A stretch of 64,000 nucleotides of DNA from Spirulina sp. (GTDB lineage: Bacteria; Cyanobacteriota; Cyanobacteriia; Phormidesmidales; Phormidesmidaceae). Positions 57,460-64,000 of the stretch are shown in pieces. The notes under the pieces were generated by a model. The model did no database searches and was not told where the DNA came from. It saw only the letters and a program-made list of their open reading frames with translations. Each line of letters opens with the position of its first letter. The stretch's first letter is position 1. Made by a program: the position numbers and the translations under genes. The stretch covers positions 19,840 to 83,839 of the forward strand of contig JBIPSI010000024.1 of assembly GCA_044070495.1 (NCBI GenBank). Reading direction: 5' to 3'.

Positions 57460-58074
57460 ATGGTGCGAATCGGGATGCGTTTTACCATGCAGCGAGGAAG
57501 AAATCCAGGACGGCGGGTAGGGCCGATCCTGGGGGGCTTTCTCTGCTGGGGATGGATGACGGGTTGTGCGTTAACCCCGCCAACCCACTCAACCGCTGAA
57601 GCCAAGCTGCCGACGACGGGCACCCCCCTCGGCCTAGCGACCAACCCCAACGTCACCGAGGTAGCCCCCGACCAATTGCCCCCCATCGCCGTTGGCCAGG
57701 TGGTGTACGTCCCGGTTTATTCCGAAATCTACGACCTCAGCCCCAACCGTCCCTTTCAGCTTACGGCCACCCTCAGCCTCCGCAACACCGATCCCGCCGC
57801 CGCTATTTTCATCGAAACGGTGGATTACTACGACTCCAGCGGAGCCTTGGTCACCGCCTACCTCAGCCAACCCCTAGAGCTTGGCCCCTTAGCTTCCACC
57901 GCCATTGTGGTGGAAAGTAGTAACACCCTGGGCGGTGCTGGGGCGAATTTTTTGGTCACCTGGCGAGCCGCTACCTTGGTCAGTCCACCCGTGATTGAGG
58001 CGGTGATGATGAGTACGGCCTCCCAGCAGGGGGTTTCCTTTGTTAGCCCAGGGCGGGTGATTGCGGAGCGATAG
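57460..58074 (+). CDS. DUF3124-family protein, possible lipoprotein
   Basis: GQVVYVPVYSEIY, TLSLRNTD, VDYYDSSG and GGAGANF motifs. Confidence 0.85.
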   Translation: MVRIGMRFTMQRGRNPGRRVGPILGGFLCWGWMTGCALTPPTHSTAEAKLPTTGTPLGLATNPNVTEVAPDQLPPIAVGQVVYVPVYSEIYDLSPNRPFQLTATLSLRNTDPAAAIFIETVDYYDSSGALVTAYLSQPLELGPLASTAIVVESSNTLGGAGANFLVTWRAATLVSPPVIEAVMMSTASQQGVSFVSPGRVIAER

Positions 58075-58140
58075 GGGGTTAACCTAACCCTCATCGGCGG
58101 CCTGGTTTGGGCGTCACAGGGTTTGTCTCACAAGGGTTTC

Positions 58141-58302
58141 ATTCCAATCGTCCATGCCGCTAGCGCGACACCCTCAAGGATAAAAATCTATTTTTAGAGC
58201 AAATCCCGGTTGCTTACCCCCGATTCAAACGCTGATCTCACTCAGGCTGAGCTTGTCGCAGCCTCAATTCGTTTAGGTGGTTTTCTATTCGGATTTGGTG
58301 TC
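58141..58302. repeat. Composite dispersed repeat shared with 17915-18018, with a different internal palindrome
   Basis: Alignable over about 90 bp; then aggctgagcttgtcgcagcct hairpin and cggatttggtgtca end. Confidence 0.65.
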
Positions 58303-58400
58303 AGCAGGACTTGATGCCCCGATCTGGGCCAGTTTTTTCACGAGTAAAAAATAAAGAAGGCTGGGATAAATAGCCTGGAAATAGTCATGTTATGGGGCAC

Positions 58401-58534
58401 TAAGTAGGTCGATAAAATCTTGAGTAGGATGCGTTAGACCCCGCCGTAACGCATGAAAGCCTTGAACAGCATGGGTTACACTCCGCTAACCCATGCTACA
58501 GATGGTCTTACCTGTAATCCGTCCCACCTATTTA
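58401..58534. mobile_element. IS630-like MITE shell (TA duplication at a CTAG target) carrying a REP-like inverted pair
   Basis: c-TA-AGTAGGT...ACCTATT-TA-g; inner gtaggatgcgtta..taacgcat and atgggtta..taacccatgctac. Confidence 0.6.
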
Positions 58535-58753
58535 GTCTACCGAGTGAAAACCTTGGAGCATAACCTTTTCAAGGAGATAGCTTACAAATCACCATGCTTC
58601 ATCAAGCTTCTTTATCAACCTCGGAGGTAAGACTACTGCCCTTGAAAAGGGTTAAAAACTTAATCGAACAAAGGTTAAATGATTCAGGAGAGCAGCCAGA
58701 ATTTATACAGCCCGACCTAGGATAGGGGTTGATATTTCCTCTATAGGCGTCCT

Positions 58754-59131
58754 ATGGACTCAATCCAAGCACAAGTTGTGGTCTTAACTGATAAAGTTGA
58801 CGCCCTACATCACATGATTGATCAGGTGAATGCTCAGGTCTCTGCGATTTTAGCGTCAGCCCACACCCTCGGTGATGACAGCCACGAGTTAAGGATTGGT
58901 GGTCATCCCTCCTATGCTCCCTTGCCGCGCTATAGCTCCCCCAGTTTGGACGGCATGTGTGAGCACAAAGACGTTCTTGTAGACGGCGATTACAGTCCGT
59001 CGGAGCGGCCAACGGTTGAGGTGAATCTCTCCCAAGACATTCAGATTCAGCGACTCACCGCCCAGCTTACGGCAGCCTACCACCGGATTGCGGCCCTCGA
59101 AGAGCAGCTTTTGGCAACTCGCGTTCTGTAA
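58754..59131 (+). CDS. Hypothetical protein of cyanobacterial type
   Basis: EHKDVL and DIQIQRLTAQLTAAYHRIAALEEQLLA motifs. Confidence 0.8.
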   Translation: MDSIQAQVVVLTDKVDALHHMIDQVNAQVSAILASAHTLGDDSHELRIGGHPSYAPLPRYSSPSLDGMCEHKDVLVDGDYSPSERPTVEVNLSQDIQIQRLTAQLTAAYHRIAALEEQLLATRVL

Positions 59132-59277
59132 TTGCAACGAACAGCCTGCTTTTGGCCGAAATTACATCGGTTTTTAGGGACTCTTAATCAACAAAAGAGA
59201 GCGCCAGATAAGACGCTCTCATCGTGGTTGGACAGAAAGGCTTAGTGAAGGCTCATGCCAAAACTAAGGTATCTGAC

Positions 59278-59694
59278 TTAGCCTTCCAGGATCACCTTGC
59301 CAACCATGCCAGCCCCACGGTGGGGGGCGCAGAAGTAGGTGTAGGTGCCAGCGGGCATATCGCTGGTGAAGGTGGTGGAGTAGTTTTCGCCAGGAGCGAA
59401 GGTGAGTTGGGTGTGGGAAAGGCTATCGGCCAGATCCTTATCCCCAGGGCTACCAGCGTCATCAAAGATCACGTTGTGGGGAGCCATCTTGTTGTTTACC
59501 CAGGTGACGGTGTCGCCCGGTTTGACAGTGATGGTGCTGGGTTCAAACACGAGTAGACCCGCATCGTTACCCATTTTCACGTCATAGTTGGTGGCGGAGG
59601 CCGGGGCGGAGACTAGGGTCATGGCCCCTAGCACCAGCAGCACAGACAACGCAGCAATGCCCAAACGCTGGGCGGCACGGATTACACGATTCAT
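59278..59694 (-). CDS. petE: Plastocyanin
   Basis: Signal peptide; APHNVIF and [13 protein letters not shown] copper-ligand motifs. Confidence 0.96.
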   Translation of the reverse strand: MNRVIRAAQRLGIAALSVLLVLGAMTLVSAPASATNYDVKMGNDAGLLVFEPSTITVKPGDTVTWVNNKMAPHNVIFDDAGSPGDKDLADSLSHTQLTFAPGENYSTTFTSDMPAGTYTYFCAPHRGAGMVGKVILEG

Positions 59695-59982
59695 ACACTA
59701 CCTCTAAAGGCTTATCTCCAGTTCAATAGACGCGGCTGAAATTCAGCGCTCTATGGCATCTTACCTGCTATTATCGCCTTCTTTGACACAATGTAAAGAT
59801 TTAGGGGACGACGACACCAAAGGGGTTTCAACCGCTTCTGAGAAGCGCTGACACTGACCCCACAACGCCCCTGGGGCGGTCGGCTGAACTCGGTAAACCG
59901 CCTGCGATGGCAAAGGCAACCTTTGAGAGTTAGCCAGGGTGTAGAACCTTGTCGCAGGCTAGGCTGGGGCGGCTTCATCTCA

Positions 59983-60020
59983 GCCCAATTCAAAGGCCCA
60001 ATTCAAAGGCCCAATTCAAA
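59983..60020. repeat. 13-bp tandem repeat (GCCCAATTCAAAG) x3
   Basis: Seen directly between psbV and petE. Confidence 0.8.
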
Positions 60021-60033
60021 CCATGAGGAGCCA

Positions 60034-60058
60034 AAAAAATAAGGGGCCGTAGCCCCTT
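60034..60058 (-). terminator. Terminator downstream of psbV
   Basis: AAGGGGC/GCCCCTT hairpin with a T-run on the minus strand. Confidence 0.7.
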
Positions 60059-60106
60059 AAGGTTTCCCGATAGCGAGATTCCCAATGGTTGGATCTGAGG
60101 GGTGCC

Positions 60107-60613
60107 CTAGATCGGGGGAGCGGAGAACCGCGTCTTACCCGCACCCCACATGTCGCCAATCACCTTGGGCTGAAGCAGGATGTGACCCGAAATGGCCACC
60201 AGATCTTCCTCGGTTAGGCTACGCATTTTGGGGAAAATATCGGCACTCATCTTGCTGGGGTGAACCTGAGAAATATCGGTCAACCCGTCGTAGGTGGTGG
60301 GAGCTTTGAGGTAGTCCACCAGGGCTTCAAGGTTGTCGCGGGGAGGCAAGGCCCCAGCCAGGGAGTCGGGATCTAGGCCCACGGTGGGGTTGGTTTTAGT
60401 AATGCCGCCCACATGGCAGGTGCCACAGGCGTAGTTAAACTGGCGGCGGCCACGGGTCACTTGCTCTAGGGACAGCACAACAGTGTCTCCCTCAGGGTTG
60501 AGCTGCACCGTGCGGGTAGCCGCATCTAGCTCAGCCGCGACGGCCTCTCCCATCATCAGTTGGCTGACAAAGAAGAGTGCGACCGCAACTAGCCACATGC
60601 ATCTCTTCAACAT
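60107..60613 (-). CDS. psbV: Photosystem II cytochrome c-550
   Basis: CGTCHVGGITKTNP, PPRDN, PTTYDG and IFPKMR motifs. Confidence 0.95.
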   Translation of the reverse strand: MLKRCMWLVAVALFFVSQLMMGEAVAAELDAATRTVQLNPEGDTVVLSLEQVTRGRRQFNYACGTCHVGGITKTNPTVGLDPDSLAGALPPRDNLEALVDYLKAPTTYDGLTDISQVHPSKMSADIFPKMRSLTEEDLVAISGHILLQPKVIGDMWGAGKTRFSAPPI

Positions 60614-60811
60614 GGTTCTCCTCGAATGTATAGGGTTCAGGTATGGACATCAACACAGCGGACGGTGGAAAAACTTTGGAAAAACTTTCCCTCAGTCCAT
60701 GTAGTAATGACTATCATGCCACCGAAGGGGGCCATTCCCAAGTTTTCTCGATGATCAGGCAGGCTTGCCGTCATTCATCCCAAACTGCCATCCCAAACTG
60801 CGAGACGCAAG

Positions 60812-61756
60812 CTACTCGGCCACAACGTGGGAGGGGGCGCTGTGGTTTAGCCCGTTGCTCCACTGGGTGGACGGGGTGAGGGGGACAGTGTCGGCACTGG
60901 CGGGCTGATGGAGGCGAATCAGTTGGGCCAGGGTGGCCTTCAATTGGGTGCGGGGCACGATCAGATCCACAAAGCCGTGATCCCGCAGATACTCGGCGGT
61001 TTGGAAGTCGTCGGGCAGTTTTTCGCGCAGGGTTTGCTCCACTACGCGGCGTCCGGCAAAGCCAATGGTGGCCTTGGGTTCGGCAATGATGATATCCCCT
61101 AGCATGGCAAAGCTGGCGGTGACGCCCCCGGTGGTGGGGTGAGTCAGCACGGGCATATAGAGCAGCTTGGCGGCCTGGTGTTGTTGCAGCGCCCCAGAAA
61201 TTTTGGCCATCTGCATCAGGCTCAGCATTCCCTCCTGCATTCGGGCACCACCAGAGGCGCAAACAATCACCACGGGGCGACGTTCCTGGGTGCCGCGCTC
61301 AATCATGCGGGTGAGCTTTTCTCCCACCACGGAACCCATACTGCCGCCCATGAAGCGAAAGTCCATCACCCCCAGGGCCACGGGCAGACTGTCCAGTTCT
61401 CCCAATCCAGTTTGCACCGCATCGGTAAGCTGGGTTTTGGCCTGGGTGTCGCGAATGCGGTCGCTGTAGCCCTTGCGATCCTTAAAGCCTAGGGGATCCT
61501 TGGGCTGAATATGGCTGTCCAACACTTGCCAAGTATTGCCGTCGATTAATTGGCGAATGCGCTCGTCGCTAAAAATGCGGTGGTGGTGGCCACATTCCCC
61601 ACAGACCCACTGGTTGGCTCGCAGATCCTTGGTGTAGGTCAGCACATCGCAGTGCTCACACTTCGTCCACAGGCCATCGGCAATCTCCCGCTCTTGGCGG
61701 TCTTCGCTGATGGGGCCAGACTTACGACGATTAGCAAACCAGTCAAACAGGGACAT
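60812..61756 (-). CDS. accD: Acetyl-CoA carboxylase carboxyltransferase beta subunit
   Basis: [30 protein letters not shown] and PTTGGVTAS motifs. Confidence 0.97.
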   Translation of the reverse strand: MSLFDWFANRRKSGPISEDRQEREIADGLWTKCEHCDVLTYTKDLRANQWVCGECGHHHRIFSDERIRQLIDGNTWQVLDSHIQPKDPLGFKDRKGYSDRIRDTQAKTQLTDAVQTGLGELDSLPVALGVMDFRFMGGSMGSVVGEKLTRMIERGTQERRPVVIVCASGGARMQEGMLSLMQMAKISGALQQHQAAKLLYMPVLTHPTTGGVTASFAMLGDIIIAEPKATIGFAGRRVVEQTLREKLPDDFQTAEYLRDHGFVDLIVPRTQLKATLAQLIRLHQPASADTVPLTPSTQWSNGLNHSAPSHVVAE

Positions 61757-61902
61757 GATGGGGGAAGGAATGGAACAACGACGATAGAACGCCCATACTA
61801 TGCGTTTCTAGGACGTACTCTTCATCCTAGCCGTTTTGGTTCGCCTTCGATAGATAGCACCCGGTGCGGATTCCTCTCTGTGGGGTCAACCCTTGGCCAC
61901 CG

Positions 61903-62071
61903 GAGATCCCAGGACTCTAGAGCTATTTCGTTGGGATTTTCGGTCAGTTACGGGGCAGAAGCCTGGGATCTCGTCCTTTACTACGAGAGATCCTGCTACA
62001 AGAGATCCCAGGGTTCTGTGGTCGATCCGATAGGATTTTGGTCAGATCCCGCAGTAGAACCCTGGGATCTT
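61903..62071. repeat. Two tandem 70-bp inverted-repeat units
   Basis: 61903-61972 and 62002-62071, each AGATCCCAGG...GGATTTT(C)GGTCAG...CCTGGGATCT. Confidence 0.8.
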
Positions 62072-62100
62072 ATTCTTCATTACCCTCGCGATTGAAACCT

Positions 62101-62961
62101 ATGCAAACCATTGCCATTGTTGGATTGGGCCTGATTGGTGGCTCCCTCGGTCTCGATTTTTCCCGGTTGGGCTATCGAGTCTTAGGGGTGGCCCGTCGTC
62201 CCGAAACAGTCGAAATGGCGCTGGAACGGGGGGTTGTCCATCAAGCCAGTACTGATTTAAGCCTGGTGGCGGAGGCCGATGTCGTGTTTCTCTGCACCCC
62301 CATCGATAGGGTGGTTGAGATTGCCGAACAGGTGGTACCCCATCTCAAATCCGAGGCGATTTTGACCGATGTGAGTTCCGTCAAAGGGGCCTTGGTGCCA
62401 GATCTCGCTGCCCTTTGGCCCCACTTCATCGGCGGGCACCCCATGGCGGGCAAGGCGGAGGCGGGCTTGGCGGTGGCAGAAGCCCATCTGTTTCGGGGCC
62501 GTCCCTACGTGCTGACGCCGACAGCGGAAACCTCCCCCCAGGATTTGGAGGTGCTGGCGACACTGGTGGATCAACTAGAAGCCCGTCGCTACTGCTGTTC
62601 GCCCCAGGATCATGATCAAGCGGTAGCCTGGATTTCCCACCTACCCGTGATGGTCAGCAGCAGTTTGATTCAGGCTTGCCAGCAAGAGCCGAATCCTGAA
62701 TTACTGAAACTCGCCCAAGCCCTGGCCAGTTCTGGCTTTCGCGACACCAGCCGAGTTGGTGGCGGTGTTCCCGAATTGGGCACCCTAATGGCCCGCTACA
62801 ACCGCGAGGCATTGCTAGCCTCCATTGCCTTGTACCAGCGCCAACTGGGCCAAATCCGCGCCTTAGTTGAGGTGGAAGACTGGGATGGCCTGCACTATTT
62901 CCTATCCCAGGCCCAATCTGCCCGCCCTGCCTATGTGGATGAGATCGACGAGCAAGCATGA
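62101..62961 (+). CDS. tyrA: Prephenate/arogenate dehydrogenase
   Basis: GLGLIGGS, TDVSSVK, GGHPMAG, HDQAVAWISHLP and GFRDTSR motifs. Confidence 0.93.
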   Translation: MQTIAIVGLGLIGGSLGLDFSRLGYRVLGVARRPETVEMALERGVVHQASTDLSLVAEADVVFLCTPIDRVVEIAEQVVPHLKSEAILTDVSSVKGALVPDLAALWPHFIGGHPMAGKAEAGLAVAEAHLFRGRPYVLTPTAETSPQDLEVLATLVDQLEARRYCCSPQDHDQAVAWISHLPVMVSSSLIQACQQEPNPELLKLAQALASSGFRDTSRVGGGVPELGTLMARYNREALLASIALYQRQLGQIRALVEVEDWDGLHYFLSQAQSARPAYVDEIDEQA

Positions 62962-63304
62962 AGTCGGCGACATCTTGTTTAAGATGTGTCAGGCACCGCT
63001 GTAACGCATCAAAGCCTTGATTAGCAAGGGTTTGATGCACCAATCCATCCTACGATTCTGGAATCGTGACCTACGCTGCCATGAGGCCGACCAGGTGCTT
63101 CAACTTTTGTTTCCATGCTGCGAGAGGACGGAGTTTTTTCTAATAAATTTTAGAGACACCAAGATACAGATCACCTCTTTTGACCGGATGTCCGTAGCCT
63201 CGCCCAGAGGTTAGAGGTATCACAGGGCTACGGCCTTGTCCCTAACTAACGGTTCGGCGATTGCCATCACGGTTGCCATCCCACAGTTACCTCTGCGAAT
63301 GTTA

Positions 63305-63877
63305 ATGGCTTCTTCTACGATTTCCCATACTCAACGTCTTCCCTGGCTGGATGCCTCCAAAGCCTATGGGATGTTTTTGGTCTATTACGGTCACTTCGTG
63401 GAACGAGTCTCTGATCTACAGGGATTTATCCCCGGTACGGCTGCTTTTGCCCAGTACAAGCTGGTCTACTCCTTCCACATGCCTCTTTTTTTCATTCTAT
63501 CGGGCTATGTCTACAAGGAAAAACCACAAAGGTTTTGGCCCTTCTTTCGCCATCGGTTGCTGACTCGAATTGTGCCAGCCATCTTTTTTAACCTGATAGC
63601 GCTCGCCATTTATCTGGCCGAAGGGCTGGTTACTAGGGAACCTGGCCTGCCGGAGTATTATCAGCACCGCAATTTATTCTGGGAGCTTTTGTTGGGCCAT
63701 CCTTTTGGCAATGTAATTACCTGGTTTTTGTTTTGCCTGTTCACCGTTGAGATGATCAACTATGGGCTCTACCCCTTGCTTAAAGACAGCCGGGGCAAAC
63801 GGGCGGCGATAGCGGCGATTACCATCATCGGCGGTCATTGGATTACCCTACACATCGATCAGTTAGAGGACGTTTGA
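63305..63877 (+). pseudogene. Acyltransferase-3 family gene interrupted by the MITE
   Basis: RLPWLDASKAYGMFLVYYGH, YSFHMPLFFILSG and WFLFCLF motifs; the TGA stop lies inside the MITE left TIR. Confidence 0.85.
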
Positions 63878-63996
63878 AAAGCCGAAGCTTGTCCCAAGTT
63901 ATACCGATGAGGTCAGCCTCAGTCGTCAAAAATCCCGTAGATTTGCACCGATCTAGCGACCAATCGCACCTGAGGCAACCCTTTTCAAACGCCCTC
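63866..63996. mobile_element. 131-bp MITE, copy 2, with perfect TTA target duplication
   Basis: TTA-GAGGACGTTTGAAAAG...CTTTTCAAACGCCCTC-TTA; near-identical to 4408-4538. Confidence 0.92.
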
Positions 63997-64000
63997 TTAG

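Noticed and set aside
59278..60613. psbV-petE linkage
   Set aside because: Clustering of psbV with soluble electron-carrier genes is common in cyanobacteria.
61903..62071. Possible CRISPR mini-array
   Set aside because: Repeats alternate in orientation, there are only two units, and no cas genes are present.

Overview
Ordinary chromosomal window from a GC-rich cyanobacterium (psbV, petE, psb28, cyanobacterial pilB-pilT-pilC and grpE-dnaK-dnaJ; gene content and style suggest a Leptolyngbya/Nodosilinea-like lineage, which is an inference). It holds about 50 mostly housekeeping genes, including a multi-PAS sensor running off the left edge, recJ, rpmF, a UDP-glucuronate decarboxylase plus ugd, fmt, rodA, mrp, pdxH, aspS, ahcY, panB, katG, plsY, rsgA, pepP, accD and tyrA. 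I found no rRNA, tRNA, CRISPR array, prophage or transposase gene, and no clear novel multi-gene system. The most interesting signals are: (1) intergenic miniature elements in which TIR-bounded shells carry different palindromic repeats, including a three-level nest with a 9-bp target duplication; (2) a 131-bp MITE in two copies, one disrupting an acyltransferase; (3) apparent complete absence of CGATCG, the HIP1 core, in a manual scan; (4) a membrane-anchored pseudo-caspase with Tyr/Asn in place of His/Cys; (5) a 48-aa membrane micro-protein divergent from katG that is missing from the ORF track. All motif counts are manual and need computational confirmation.
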